NCBI GenBank assembly: GCA_902631785.1
Contig: CACOZT010000001.1
Location: 132,741-196,740, forward strand
Direction of reading: 5' to 3'
Source: an uncultured SAR86 cluster bacterium
GTDB lineage: Bacteria > Pseudomonadota > Gammaproteobacteria > Magnimaribacterales > D2472
Length of the DNA stretch: 64,000 nt
The translations under genes were made by a program, and so were the position numbers. The notes below the pieces were generated by a model, which worked only from the letters and a program-made list of their open reading frames with translations, had not been told where the DNA came from and did not search any database. This document shows, piece by piece, positions 35,995 through 46,337 of the stretch; position 1 is the stretch's first letter, and each line of letters opens with the position of its first letter.

Positions 35995-37578
35995 ATGAGT
36001 GCAGTAATAGAAAATCATCATGACGATCATGATCATGGCCCAGCTAAAGGGATAACTAGATGGCTATATACGACTAACCATAAAGATATTGGAACACTAT
36101 ATCTATGGTTTAGTTTTGCTATGTTCCTAATTGGCGGAGCGATGGCAATGGTAATAAGAGCTGAGCTATTCCAGCCTGGAATGCAGATCGTTGAACCAGA
36201 ATTTTACAATCAGATGATAACCCTCCATGGATTGATAATGATTTTCGGTGGTGTTATGCCAGCATTTGTTGGCTTGGCAAATTGGTTAGTTCCTATGATG
36301 ATAGGGGCACCTGATATGGCTTTACCAAGAATGAATAATTTAAGTTTTTGGATATTGCCTTTTGCGTTCTTTATTCTTTTATCTTCACTTTTTATGGAAG
36401 GCGGAGCGCCGAATTTTGGGTGGACTTTTTATGCACCACTTTCAACTACGTATGCACCACCTAGTGTCACGTTCTTTATCTTTTCTGTTCACATAATGGG
36501 CGCCTCTTCTATCATGGGAGCAATTAATGTTGTTGTAACAATAATGAATATGAGAGCCCCAGGCGTTTCTTTAATGAAAATGCCACTATTTGTTTGGTCA
36601 TGGTTAATCACAGCATATTTGTTGATTGCAGTTATGCCCGTATTAGCTGGAGCAGTAACAATGATGTTAATGGATATTCATTTTGGAACAAGTTTCTTTA
36701 ACGCTGCAGGTGGCGGTGATCCAGTTCTTTTTCAACATATATTTTGGTTTTTTGGTCATCCAGAAGTTTACATCATGATTTTACCGGCCTTCGGGATTGT
36801 GTCTCATATCATTGAGACTTTCTCAAGGAAACAACTATTTGGTTACTCTTCAATGGTATGGGCAATGCTATCTATTGCCATACTTTCTTTTGTTGTTTGG
36901 GCTCATCATATGTTTACTGTTGGCCTTCCTTTGGCAGCTGAAATATTTTTTATGTGGGCAACTATGCTGATTGCTGTTCCAACCGGAGTAAAGGTATTTA
37001 ATTGGGTTGCAACTATGTTTAGAGGATCATTAACATTTGAGACGCCTATGCTTTTCGCAGTTGCATTTGTCGTGTTATTTACAATTGGAGGATTATCTGG
37101 GTTAATGCTTGCAATCGTGCCCGCTGACTTCCAATATCATGATACATATTTTGTTGTTGCTCACTTTCATTATGTATTAGTGCCAGGTGCAATATTTTCT
37201 ATCATGGCTGCTGTATATTATTGGATCCCAAAATGGTCTGGAAACATGTATGACGAAAGACTTGGAAAGTTACATTTCTGGTTATCTTTTGTAGGTGTGA
37301 ATGTTACATTCTTTCCACAACACTTTATTGGTCTAGCAGGGATGCCAAGGAGGTATCCTGATTATGCTCTTATATTTGCAGACTGGAATATGGTCTCTAG
37401 CGTTGGAGCATTTTTATTTGGGTTCTCTCAATTACTGTTCTTATTTATTGTTATTAAGACTGTAATGGGTGGCAAAAAAGCTACTGATCAAGTTTGGGAA
37501 GGGGCAAAAGGACTTGAGTGGACAGTTGCTTCACCTGCTCCTTATCATACATTTTCAACTCCACCAAAGGTTGATTAA
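35995..37578 (+). CDS. coxA: cytochrome c oxidase subunit I
   Basis: 527 aa. Motifs TTNHKDIGTLYL, GHPEVYI, HHMFTVG. Confidence 0.97.
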   Translation: MSAVIENHHDDHDHGPAKGITRWLYTTNHKDIGTLYLWFSFAMFLIGGAMAMVIRAELFQPGMQIVEPEFYNQMITLHGLIMIFGGVMPAFVGLANWLVPMMIGAPDMALPRMNNLSFWILPFAFFILLSSLFMEGGAPNFGWTFYAPLSTTYAPPSVTFFIFSVHIMGASSIMGAINVVVTIMNMRAPGVSLMKMPLFVWSWLITAYLLIAVMPVLAGAVTMMLMDIHFGTSFFNAAGGGDPVLFQHIFWFFGHPEVYIMILPAFGIVSHIIETFSRKQLFGYSSMVWAMLSIAILSFVVWAHHMFTVGLPLAAEIFFMWATMLIAVPTGVKVFNWVATMFRGSLTFETPMLFAVAFVVLFTIGGLSGLMLAIVPADFQYHDTYFVVAHFHYVLVPGAIFSIMAAVYYWIPKWSGNMYDERLGKLHFWLSFVGVNVTFFPQHFIGLAGMPRRYPDYALIFADWNMVSSVGAFLFGFSQLLFLFIVIKTVMGGKKATDQVWEGAKGLEWTVASPAPYHTFSTPPKVD

Positions 37579-38135
37579 TGAAAAAAGAAGCGAAAAAAAC
37601 ATTAATTAAATTAGTTGTTGCTGTGCCATTGATGTTTGCTTTCGGCTTTGCGCTAGTGCCTCTATATGATGTTTTTTGTGAGGTCACCGGAATTAACGGA
37701 AAAGTTTTTCAGTCCGAATATTCTGAAGAGCTTGTTACTGACGATGGAAGAACTATAGCAATTCAATTCATATCAACAAACAATGAAAATATGCCATGGA
37801 CATTTAAACCATCTGAACAGGTAATGAAAATTGAAACAGGCAAGTATCATGCTGCAACTTTTTATGTAAAGAATACAACAAATAAAAAAATGACAGCTCA
37901 AGCAGTACCAAGTGTTGCACCTTCAAATGCAGCTGCTCACTTAAAAAAATTAGAGTGCTTTTGTTTTGAGCAACAAGAGCTGCTGCCAGGCGAAGAGGCG
38001 CTTCTTCCAGTTAAATTATTAGTTTCAAATGAGCTACCTTCAAATATAAAAAACATAATCTTATCGTATACAATTTTTGATATTACTGATTATGATGAAG
38101 AGGCTATAGCACATAACCAAATGGCAATGGAGTAA
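37578..38135 (+). CDS. ctaG: cytochrome c oxidase assembly protein CtaG/Cox11
   Basis: 185 aa. N-terminal TM plus VPLYDVFCEVTGINGK and a CFCF copper-site motif. Confidence 0.92.
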   Translation: MKKEAKKTLIKLVVAVPLMFAFGFALVPLYDVFCEVTGINGKVFQSEYSEELVTDDGRTIAIQFISTNNENMPWTFKPSEQVMKIETGKYHAATFYVKNTTNKKMTAQAVPSVAPSNAAAHLKKLECFCFEQQELLPGEEALLPVKLLVSNELPSNIKNIILSYTIFDITDYDEEAIAHNQMAME

Positions 38136-38144
38136 AGTAAAAAT

Positions 38145-39059
38145 ATGAGTGGGGGAAGCTATTACGTTCCAGATCAAAGCAGGTTTCCAATTTTTATGGC
38201 ACTTTCTTTGTTTCTTTTGGTCATGGGCGCATCCAGCACAATTAACAATTTAGACGATCCAACTAGCAATTCTGTATACATACTATATTTTGGATTTGCA
38301 TGCTTATTTCTAACAATGTTTTTTTGGTTCAGACAGGTTATTAAAGAACACCTTGCCGGTTTAGATTCCAACCAATTAAAACAATCATATGTATATGGGA
38401 TGGCTTGGTTTATTTTCTCTGAAGTTATGTTCTTTGCTGCTTTCTTTGGCGCATTATTTTACGTAAGAGCATTAGCAGTTCCATGGTTGGCTGGCGAAGG
38501 ATCGAAGGGAGCCGCAATAACAGCTATTGAACTATGGCCAGCTTTTGAGTCATCATGGCCAGTCATGACAACACCTGATCAAGGTAATGAATTCGACTTA
38601 GCAAAAAAGAGTATGGCATGGCCTGGATGGAGCAAAGCTCTTCAGTGGTTACCCTTGTGGAATACAATAGTACTCTTAAGTTCATCTTGGACTGTTCATT
38701 TAGCACACCTTGGTTTAAAAAAAGGAAACAGAAGAAAATTTAATGTTTACTTAGGTATAACAGTATTTTTAGCTTTAATTTTTGTTGGATTACAAGCTCT
38801 TGAATATTATGAAGCTTATGCCCACTATGGACTTAAACTAAATTCTGGAATTTATGGTTCAACATTCTTTATGCTTACTGGTTTCCATGGCTTTCATGTA
38901 ATGATGGGTGGCTTCATGTTAGCCATTATGCTTGCCAGATCAGTTTTTGCTGGACATTTTGAACAACATGATCATTTTGGTTTTGAGGCTGCGTCTTGGT
39001 ACTGGCATTTTGTAGACGTTGTATGGCTAATGCTTTTTATATTTGTTTATATACTTTAA
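38145..39059 (+). CDS. coxC: cytochrome c oxidase subunit III
   Basis: 304 aa, 7-TM. C-terminal ...AASWYWHFVDVVWL. Confidence 0.95.
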   Translation: MSGGSYYVPDQSRFPIFMALSLFLLVMGASSTINNLDDPTSNSVYILYFGFACLFLTMFFWFRQVIKEHLAGLDSNQLKQSYVYGMAWFIFSEVMFFAAFFGALFYVRALAVPWLAGEGSKGAAITAIELWPAFESSWPVMTTPDQGNEFDLAKKSMAWPGWSKALQWLPLWNTIVLLSSSWTVHLAHLGLKKGNRRKFNVYLGITVFLALIFVGLQALEYYEAYAHYGLKLNSGIYGSTFFMLTGFHGFHVMMGGFMLAIMLARSVFAGHFEQHDHFGFEAASWYWHFVDVVWLMLFIFVYIL

Positions 39060-39278
39060 CTAGGAATCTTCCCAAGGGACATTATTACCTAGCTCGCCTG
39101 TATATAAACCAATTGCAATTAAGATGATCAGAACTGTAGCAAAGAAAACTCTTAGGCCAAGTAAATAAACTGTTCTTTTTCTTCCTGTCTCACCTTTATC
39201 TACTAGTAGAAAAAAAAGACCGCCAGCAAGTGAAAGAAGCAATAGAGGAATTACGATATAAATTAGTGTTGTGATCAT
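39060..39278 (-). CDS. small two-TM protein of cox clusters (DUF2909-like)
   Basis: 72 aa with two hydrophobic helices joined by a basic loop (GETGRKRT). Same position and opposite orientation as the small hypothetical gene in Pseudomonas-type cox clusters. Confidence 0.55.
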   Translation of the reverse strand: MITTLIYIVIPLLLLSLAGGLFFLLVDKGETGRKRTVYLLGLRVFFATVLIILIAIGLYTGELGNNVPWEDS

Positions 39279-39312
39279 ATTAAAATTTTAAAGCATATAT
39301 ACTTTTATAGAT

Positions 39313-40014
39313 ATGAAAAAGAACAAATTTAAACCAGGAGTAAAAATTACAATTTTTTTTGTTTTTTTTGCAATTCTTTTTTTCTCTTTAGGTTTGTGGC
39401 AGATTGAAAGAGGACAAGCTAAAACAGCTTTACTTGAAGAATATGAAAAAAATACACTTGAAGATCCCAAAGAAATTAATAATGATTCAAAAAAATGGGA
39501 TAGGGTTTACGTAGAGGGCACATGGCAAGGAGCTAATCAAATATTAATTGATAACGTTATAAATAGAGGCATTGCAGGATATAAGGTTCTTACACCTCTA
39601 AGGCTGAGCCAAACGGATGAGATAATTCTTGTTGACAGAGGCTGGATAAAAAGAAACAGAGATATGATGGATTTGCCAGATGTTAATATCAAAGATGTTA
39701 AAGAAAAAGTATCTGGGATATTAGAGTCTCCTGAGCTTGGTTTGGTTCTCTCGGATGAATTGGTTTCAGATGGATGGCCAAAAATATCACAAACAAAAAA
39801 TATTGATGTAATTTCAGAAGAGTACAGCGATGAAATATATCCCTTAATTCTTTTAGCAGATCCAATAAGCAGATATAGTTTAGAATACATTAAAATTAAT
39901 CCGACAAACATGACACCAGTAAAACACTACGGTTACTCTGCTCAATGGTTTTTAATGTTCTTAGTTTTATGTGGCATGTATATTTGGTATGGATATAAAA
40001 AAAATGAAAAGTAA
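39313..40014 (+). CDS. SURF1 family cytochrome oxidase biogenesis protein
   Basis: 233 aa. N-terminal TM then LGLWQIERGQAK. C-terminal TM with HYGYSAQWF. Confidence 0.9.
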   Translation: MKKNKFKPGVKITIFFVFFAILFFSLGLWQIERGQAKTALLEEYEKNTLEDPKEINNDSKKWDRVYVEGTWQGANQILIDNVINRGIAGYKVLTPLRLSQTDEIILVDRGWIKRNRDMMDLPDVNIKDVKEKVSGILESPELGLVLSDELVSDGWPKISQTKNIDVISEEYSDEIYPLILLADPISRYSLEYIKINPTNMTPVKHYGYSAQWFLMFLVLCGMYIWYGYKKNEK

Positions 40015-40555
40015 AATTTTTCTAGCAATTTTGTTACTCACACCAATTTTGGTTGTAACTTTCTCTACTTTATATTTCTTGATGGGGAATTCCCCTGATG
40101 GAACCAAAAACAATGGCGTATTTTTTAAAAGCTATTTTGATTTAAATGATTTCAATAGTGGAGAAGGCGAACAAAAACTTATTAATTTTGATGACGGTAA
40201 ATGGATATTATCTGTGTACGTAACTAACATAGATAAAAGCCAGGAGTCTATATATCTTTCAAGGCAGCTAAATGTTGCTCTTAACAGGGACATAAATAAG
40301 CTAAAAAGGGTAATATTTTATTCAAACAAATTACTTGAAACTGATTTAAATGATATTAAATTACAATATCCACGAATTGAAATAGTTGAGGACAAAAACG
40401 GAGTATTGTTGAACGTATTACAAAGAAATTCATCACTTGATTTTAATATTGAAAATCCAATATTTGTAATTGATCCATATGGAAGGGCTGTGATGTATTT
40501 CTTGCCAGATACTGATCCTAAATTAATTTTAAAAGACCTGAAGGTGTTAATTTAA
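40004..40555 (+). CDS. membrane-anchored hypothetical protein conserved in cox assembly clusters
   Basis: Start moved to ATG 40004 (MKSKIFLAILLLTP...), overlapping the SURF1 stop. One N-terminal TM. No Cys pair. Lies between SURF1 and COX15, as in Pseudomonas-type clusters. Confidence 0.6.
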   Translation: MKSKIFLAILLLTPILVVTFSTLYFLMGNSPDGTKNNGVFFKSYFDLNDFNSGEGEQKLINFDDGKWILSVYVTNIDKSQESIYLSRQLNVALNRDINKLKRVIFYSNKLLETDLNDIKLQYPRIEIVEDKNGVLLNVLQRNSSLDFNIENPIFVIDPYGRAVMYFLPDTDPKLILKDLKVLI

Positions 40556-41529
40556 TGAATCAAATTAAAAATTTATCTCTATTTGGTATTTGTTTTGCTT
40601 TTGTTGTGATTGCACTAGGAGCATGGACTCGTCTTGTTGATGCTGGTCTTGGTTGTCCAGATTGGCCAGGATGTTATGGTTTTGTAGTTTTTCCGATAAA
40701 TGAGGCAGATATTGCTATAGCTGAGAGCAGATATCCATTATTTCCATATGATATCAATAAAGCAATTCCTGAAGTTGTTCATAGATATTTTGCTGCAGCA
40801 TTGGGACTTTTAGCTATCTTTCTAGTTTATTTATCTTTTAGAAGATCAGATGATAGATCTATTCAGGGCTGGTCTTCATTTTTATTATTTTTTATTTGCT
40901 GTCAGGGTGTTTTTGGATACTTAACAGTAAGTTTAAAACTTTTGCCAATAATAGTAACACTGCATTTATTTGGGGGATTTACTACGCTTACTTTGTTCTT
41001 CTATATTTATCTCAAATCTAGAAATTTTGAGATATTAAATCAAATTAATATCTCTAATCTTAAGACAATCGCAGGAATAGCATTTTTAGCATTAATTTTT
41101 CAGATATTTCTTGGAGTTTGGACAAGTACTAATTATGCTTCTTTAGCATGTGCAGATTTTCCGACTTGCCAAGGAACTTATCTTCCTGAAATGGACTTTA
41201 AGAGCGGGTTTAACTTAAACCAAGAAGTTGGGCCAAATTATTTGTATGGCTTATTAGACAATCCAGCAAGAGTTGCCATTCATTATTCACACAGAGTCTC
41301 TGCAATACTGGTTACGATAATATTCCTTATTCTTATGTCAAGGTTATGGTTCTCTGAAGCAGCACCACTTGCTTCAACTCTTGGCATTCTTCTCTTAACT
41401 CAAATAGCACTTGGAATAACCAATGTTGTTTATGTCTTACCGCTTTACGTAGCAATAGCTCATAATTTATTTGCTGCCTGCCTTCTCCTAGCAACTTTTA
41501 CTGTAAATTACCTAGCCTGGAAGAAATGA
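40555..41529 (+). CDS. ctaA: heme A synthase (COX15/CtaA)
   Basis: 324 aa polytopic. Motifs GAWTRLVDAGLGCPDWPGCYG and HR..A histidines. Confidence 0.92.
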   Translation: MNQIKNLSLFGICFAFVVIALGAWTRLVDAGLGCPDWPGCYGFVVFPINEADIAIAESRYPLFPYDINKAIPEVVHRYFAAALGLLAIFLVYLSFRRSDDRSIQGWSSFLLFFICCQGVFGYLTVSLKLLPIIVTLHLFGGFTTLTLFFYIYLKSRNFEILNQINISNLKTIAGIAFLALIFQIFLGVWTSTNYASLACADFPTCQGTYLPEMDFKSGFNLNQEVGPNYLYGLLDNPARVAIHYSHRVSAILVTIIFLILMSRLWFSEAAPLASTLGILLLTQIALGITNVVYVLPLYVAIAHNLFAACLLLATFTVNYLAWKK

Positions 41530-42392
41530 CCCTTCTGAAAAGCTACTATCAACTTTGTAAACCAAATGTAGTTTATATGATGTTGATATGTGCTTTAGTG
41601 GGCATGTTGCTAGCAGAAAATTCTGTAAGTTCTTATAGCTATTTGATTGTGTCTTTAATTGGTATAGCGTTTTGTGCAGCATCTGCTGCTGCTATCAATC
41701 AGGTAATTGATCGCGAGTCAGACGCATCTATGACAAGAACTGATCAAAGGCCAATACCACAAGGTGAGTTATCTCCGATGCATGCATCAATGTTTGCACT
41801 AGTTATAGGAGGACTAGGCGCAACTATTTTGTATATATATGTAAATACGTTAACAATGGTTTTAACAATCGCATCTTTAATCGGCTATGCTTTTATTTAT
41901 ACAGTTTATTTAAAAAGAGCAACTCCACAAAATATAGTTATTGGCGGCTTAGCTGGGGCAGCTCCTCCGCTTCTGGGATGGTCGTCTATTACAAACACCG
42001 TTGACCCTTATGCTTTGCTATTAGTTTTAATTATATTCGTATGGACTCCTCCACATTTTTGGGCTTTAGCAATTTATAGAAAAGAAGAATACGCAAAGGA
42101 GTCGATTCCAATGCTGCCTGTGACACACGGAGTTATATTTACTAAGCTTCAAATTGTCTTATATACAATTATATTGTTCATAGTTTCATTGCTGCCATAT
42201 GTTGTTCTTATGTCAGGAATAATATATTTAGTCTCTGCTTTGATATTAAGCTCACTATTTTTATATTACTCAGTTAATTTATATTTCAGCAAAAATGATG
42301 AAGATGCAATGAATACATTCCAATTTTCAATTTATTACATTTTCTTAATTTTCTTAGCCTTGCTAGTAGACCATTTTATAATTCTAAGTTAA
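41526..42392 (+). CDS. cyoE: protoheme IX farnesyltransferase (heme O synthase)
   Basis: 288 aa. UbiA-family motifs NQVIDRESDASMTRTDQRPI and TPPHFWALA. Confidence 0.95.
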   Translation: MTLLKSYYQLCKPNVVYMMLICALVGMLLAENSVSSYSYLIVSLIGIAFCAASAAAINQVIDRESDASMTRTDQRPIPQGELSPMHASMFALVIGGLGATILYIYVNTLTMVLTIASLIGYAFIYTVYLKRATPQNIVIGGLAGAAPPLLGWSSITNTVDPYALLLVLIIFVWTPPHFWALAIYRKEEYAKESIPMLPVTHGVIFTKLQIVLYTIILFIVSLLPYVVLMSGIIYLVSALILSSLFLYYSVNLYFSKNDEDAMNTFQFSIYYIFLIFLALLVDHFIILS

Positions 42393-43027
42393 TGACGATT
42401 AAAAAAAATATATTAATAATTTTAGTTTTTATACTTACAGTATTAGTTCTTTTCGTGAATAAACTAACCTCACCAAGGGTGTTGAGCGAAAATGAACTCT
42501 TAATCAATGGTCTTTTCCTTTTTGAAACACCTAAACAAATATCTGACTTCACTTTTTTATCAGAAAATAACGTCGAGTTTAATAAAGATGACTTAATAGG
42601 AAAATGGACTTTGATGTATTTTGGATTTACTAGATGCCCTGATGAGTGTCCAACCTCTATGTATCAAATATCAAAGCTTGTAAAAGTTTTAAGAGAAAAA
42701 AATTATCCTCTTGATGATAAACAATTTGTTTTGGTTTCTATCGATCCTGAAAGAGATACGCCGGAGCAGATTAACAAGTATGCTAAAGGATTTGATGAGT
42801 CATTTATTGGCGTATCAAACGTTAGGCCGATGTTGATTAATCTTGCAACACAGTTATCTGTAAATAATGTTATGCCAAATGGCAAAGCATCTGATCATTC
42901 TCACTTAGACAATCATGTCAATAACATAATACTGTTAAACCCAAACGGGGAATTTGCTGGAGTATTTAGACCTCCTTTTGATTTATCAAGATTGTCTTTG
43001 ACTTATCAGTCAGTAACCCAGAAGTAA
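42392..43027 (+). CDS. SCO1/SenC copper chaperone
   Basis: 211 aa. N-terminal TM. CxxxC motif FGFTRCPDECP. Conserved downstream His. Confidence 0.9.
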   Translation: MTIKKNILIILVFILTVLVLFVNKLTSPRVLSENELLINGLFLFETPKQISDFTFLSENNVEFNKDDLIGKWTLMYFGFTRCPDECPTSMYQISKLVKVLREKNYPLDDKQFVLVSIDPERDTPEQINKYAKGFDESFIGVSNVRPMLINLATQLSVNNVMPNGKASDHSHLDNHVNNIILLNPNGEFAGVFRPPFDLSRLSLTYQSVTQK

Positions 43028-43822
43028 CTAGAGCTTTTTAAATAAAAGAGTCATTCTGTCACTTTCACCAATTTTTAAATACTTATCCTTATCTTGGTCT
43101 TTTAATCGCATGGAAGGAGGCAAAGTCCAAACACCTCTAGGATGATCTTTTGTATCTAGTGGGTTTGCATTAATTTCAGACTTTGAAACTAGAATAAAGC
43201 CATGCTTCTCAGCAGTTTTGATAGCATACTCTTCAGTAACATAGCCACTTTTTTTCATAATTTCTAAAGCTGTTCCGGGATTAGCTCTATGTTCAACAAC
43301 TCCCAATATTCCACCTTTTTTAAGTGCTTTATATGAATTGGCAAATATTTCGTCTGCTTGTGAGCCTATCCAATTATGCAAATTCCTGAAAGTTAAGACA
43401 GCGTCAACCGAATGAGCTTCAGCTAGTTCCGAATTTAAATTTACAATTTTTACATTGTCATACATAGAGTTTTCATTTATTTTCGATTCAAAATTAGCTC
43501 TCATTTTTTTAAAATACTCTCTTTCAGAATTAGGATCATAGTGAGCTGCAATAAGAATACCTGGCTCATGAACAAAATTCGCAAGAATTTCTGTATACCA
43601 GCCTCCACCAGGAGATAGTTCAATAATTTTCATATTTGATTTGATTTCAAAAAAACTCAATGTTTCATATGGATTTCTATAGATATCTCTTGATACATTT
43701 TTTGGATCTCGATCAATGCTTTCAACAGCTTCTTCTAGATTATGAGAAAACAGATTTGAGTTGTATGCAAGCCCAAAGATAAACAGGCTTAAAACTTTGA
43801 TATAAAATTTATTTTTTTTCAT
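43028..43822 (-). CDS. class I SAM-dependent methyltransferase-fold protein with N-terminal signal peptide
   Basis: 264 aa. Signal-like N-terminus MKKNKFYIKVLSLFIFGLAY. Motif I-like IIELSPGGGWYTEILA. C-terminal HPRGVWTLPP...ESDRMTLLFKK, recalled from the predicted-methyltransferase (COG4798-like) family. Confidence 0.65.
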   Translation of the reverse strand: MKKNKFYIKVLSLFIFGLAYNSNLFSHNLEEAVESIDRDPKNVSRDIYRNPYETLSFFEIKSNMKIIELSPGGGWYTEILANFVHEPGILIAAHYDPNSEREYFKKMRANFESKINENSMYDNVKIVNLNSELAEAHSVDAVLTFRNLHNWIGSQADEIFANSYKALKKGGILGVVEHRANPGTALEIMKKSGYVTEEYAIKTAEKHGFILVSKSEINANPLDTKDHPRGVWTLPPSMRLKDQDKDKYLKIGESDRMTLLFKKL

Positions 43823-43823
43823 A

Positions 43824-44822
43824 TTATATTTTTATAATTACTTTTCCTTTTGCTTTCCTGTCTTTGAGGTGCGCGATAGCAAGCGCTCCGTCATCCAAAA
43901 CAAATGAATCAGAAACTTCTGGATTAATCTTACCATTTGAATGAAGATCAAAAAGCTCTTCAAAATTTTTCTTGTTTTCGTCAGGAAACATGCCAACCCA
44001 TGCTCCCCAAAAAACACCAACTATTTTCATGCCTTTCAGAAGAGCAAGATTAATAGGTATTTTTGGTATTTCACCAGCTGCAAAGCCAATAACCAAGTAT
44101 CTCCCATCCCATGCTGTTGCTCTTATGCAGGGTTCAGAATATGTATCACCAATTGGATCATAGACGACGTTAGCACCAACACCTCCCGTTAACTCTTTTA
44201 TTTTAGACGAGAGTTCTTTTTGTTGATCTCTATCAAGTTTTCCTGAAGGATAAATGAAAGCTTCGTCGGCTCCATGTTCTTTGCAAAGATTTATTTTTTC
44301 TTCAGTCGATGCAGCAGCTATTACTTTTGCACCCATGGCTTTTCCAAGCTCAACCGTTGCAAGACCAACACCACCAGCTGCTCCAAGAACTAGTAAGGTT
44401 TCTCCTTCCTTTAAATTAGCTCTTTGTTTGAGAGCATATAATGATGTTCCATATGTCATTGGTAATGCAGCAGCAGTCTCAAAACTCATAGAGTCTGGTA
44501 TCTTTACGGCAGCTGTCTCAGGAACAACAATTTTTTCAGCAAATGCACCAATACCAGTCATTGCAAAAACTCTATCTCCTACTTTTAAGTTTTTCACGTC
44601 ATCAGCGATTGCTTCTACAACGCCTGACGATTCACCACCAGGTATAAAAGGCAACTCTGGCTGAAATTGATATAATCCTTGAATCATTAAAACATCAGGA
44701 AAGTTTACACTTCCAGCCTTATTGTTAACTAGTACATGACCCGGAAGGATTTCAGGATCGGGTACTTCATTAATTTGTAATTTATCTGGCATGCCCAGCT
44801 CAACACATTGTAAAGCTTTCAT
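43824..44822 (-). CDS. NADPH:quinone oxidoreductase / zinc-type alcohol dehydrogenase family (MDR)
   Basis: 332 aa. GroES-like N-terminus. Rossmann LVLGAAGGVGLA. Confidence 0.85.
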   Translation of the reverse strand: MKALQCVELGMPDKLQINEVPDPEILPGHVLVNNKAGSVNFPDVLMIQGLYQFQPELPFIPGGESSGVVEAIADDVKNLKVGDRVFAMTGIGAFAEKIVVPETAAVKIPDSMSFETAAALPMTYGTSLYALKQRANLKEGETLLVLGAAGGVGLATVELGKAMGAKVIAAASTEEKINLCKEHGADEAFIYPSGKLDRDQQKELSSKIKELTGGVGANVVYDPIGDTYSEPCIRATAWDGRYLVIGFAAGEIPKIPINLALLKGMKIVGVFWGAWVGMFPDENKKNFEELFDLHSNGKINPEVSDSFVLDDGALAIAHLKDRKAKGKVIIKI

Positions 44823-44831
44823 AATTTACTC

Positions 44832-46337
44832 CTATAACTCTAAATTGTAGTTTTTAACAAATTCATTCATTTCTTCACTAGAATTTTTCGGAATTTTTCT
44901 CAATTCATCTAATGATAACTCTGCTTCTTTTTTTATACCAACTAAATTTGATGAATCACTAGATCGTAATATTTCGATATTTTCTTTAGATTTATTAATG
45001 CCGTCAGAATGAAAACTACTGCTTGGTAATTTTCCTTTGACTGAATAAATAACATGTTCAATAGATTCTTCAAATGATTCACTGTTATTTAAAAAAGATG
45101 CAATAAGCTTTAGCTCATCAAAAATATTATTTCTTGCTTCCTCAATATTAATTATTTGATTATTAAAATAAATATTGCTCTTTTTATTTCTTCCCTCGTA
45201 AATAACTTTTATGTCATTTGAATCAATCTTTTCTTTTTCATCGTCAGTTATTTTAGGACTTTCATTTATTAAACAATGAATAAGAACAATATCTAAAAAC
45301 CTCATATGATGAACTGATATTCCTGTTATATCATCTGGAAATAGATCAATACCTCTTACCTCAAGATATTCAATCCCATATCTTTTTAAAAGATCGTAAG
45401 GCCTAGTATTATCTGTAGAGGATCTCTTAGGTCGTATAGAATCATAATATTCATTTTCTATTTGAATTATTCCATTTGAGATTTGTTGGTACTCATTGTC
45501 TGAATCCAATAGTCCAAGGTCTTCAAATTCTTTATATGGAATAGTAATTGCATCCCTTATCTTTTGAAGGAAGCCAGACAAAGAATTATATTTTATGTTG
45601 AGACCTTTCTGTGCCTTGCTCTGATATCCAATATCACTCATTCTTAATGACGTAGCATTCTCAAGATACATGTCATTTGAATTAAGTTTTTCAAGCTTAT
45701 GTTCTCTATTGTTTATGAAAGAGCTATCAACCACGTTTGTTTGACCAAACTCAAGAAGCACAAACCAAAACAGTCGTTTGAAGTTTCTTATTAAGCCCAG
45801 ATAAGCTTCATCAATGTCCTTTTGGATACTTGATTTCGTTAAAATACTAAGAGAATCTTTTTTGATTGAAAAGTTATAGTGCATTCCAGAAACACATTGC
45901 ATAGTTGGTCCATATCTAACTTTGAGCCCTTTTCTGTATACATGTTTGAGAAGGCCAATATTACTTTGATGATAAAAACCTAAATTTATATCTGATTCAT
46001 CCTTAATTTGCGGCGGCATTGAAAATGGCCACAACATCTCATTTTCATCAATGTTTTGTGCGACAAATATATGCAATGAGAGAAGATAATCATAAAGTTC
46101 ATCAATTTCTTTAAACACAGGAGTGACAAGCTCAACCTGAGCTTCTGCAAAATCAGTTGTTATTAATTTATTTGTTAGGGCAGAGCCTAAAGATTCTGGA
46201 TGAGATTTTTTAGAGATGAAGCCATTTTCGTCTACCCTAAAAAATTCTTTTTCAATTCCTCGTTCAATTTCTAAATTTTCAAAGAAGCCAGAATCTTTTA
46301 AATTAACTAATCTACTTTTTAGTAGCGCATTAGTCAT
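44832..46337 (-). CDS. gshA: glutamate--cysteine ligase
   Basis: 501 aa. N-terminal [14 protein letters not shown]...[13 protein letters not shown] is typical of proteobacterial GshA. Confidence 0.92.
   Translation of the reverse strand: MTNALLKSRLVNLKDSGFFENLEIERGIEKEFFRVDENGFISKKSHPESLGSALTNKLITTDFAEAQVELVTPVFKEIDELYDYLLSLHIFVAQNIDENEMLWPFSMPPQIKDESDINLGFYHQSNIGLLKHVYRKGLKVRYGPTMQCVSGMHYNFSIKKDSLSILTKSSIQKDIDEAYLGLIRNFKRLFWFVLLEFGQTNVVDSSFINNREHKLEKLNSNDMYLENATSLRMSDIGYQSKAQKGLNIKYNSLSGFLQKIRDAITIPYKEFEDLGLLDSDNEYQQISNGIIQIENEYYDSIRPKRSSTDNTRPYDLLKRYGIEYLEVRGIDLFPDDITGISVHHMRFLDIVLIHCLINESPKITDDEKEKIDSNDIKVIYEGRNKKSNIYFNNQIINIEEARNNIFDELKLIASFLNNSESFEESIEHVIYSVKGKLPSSSFHSDGINKSKENIEILRSSDSSNLVGIKKEAELSLDELRKIPKNSSEEMNEFVKNYNLEL

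Noticed and set aside
34829-43027. The ten-gene cytochrome oxidase block as a candidate novel system
   Set aside because: Every member except one small hypothetical gene matches the well-known Pseudomonas-type aa3 oxidase structural and assembly cluster, in the same order. It is complete but conventional.
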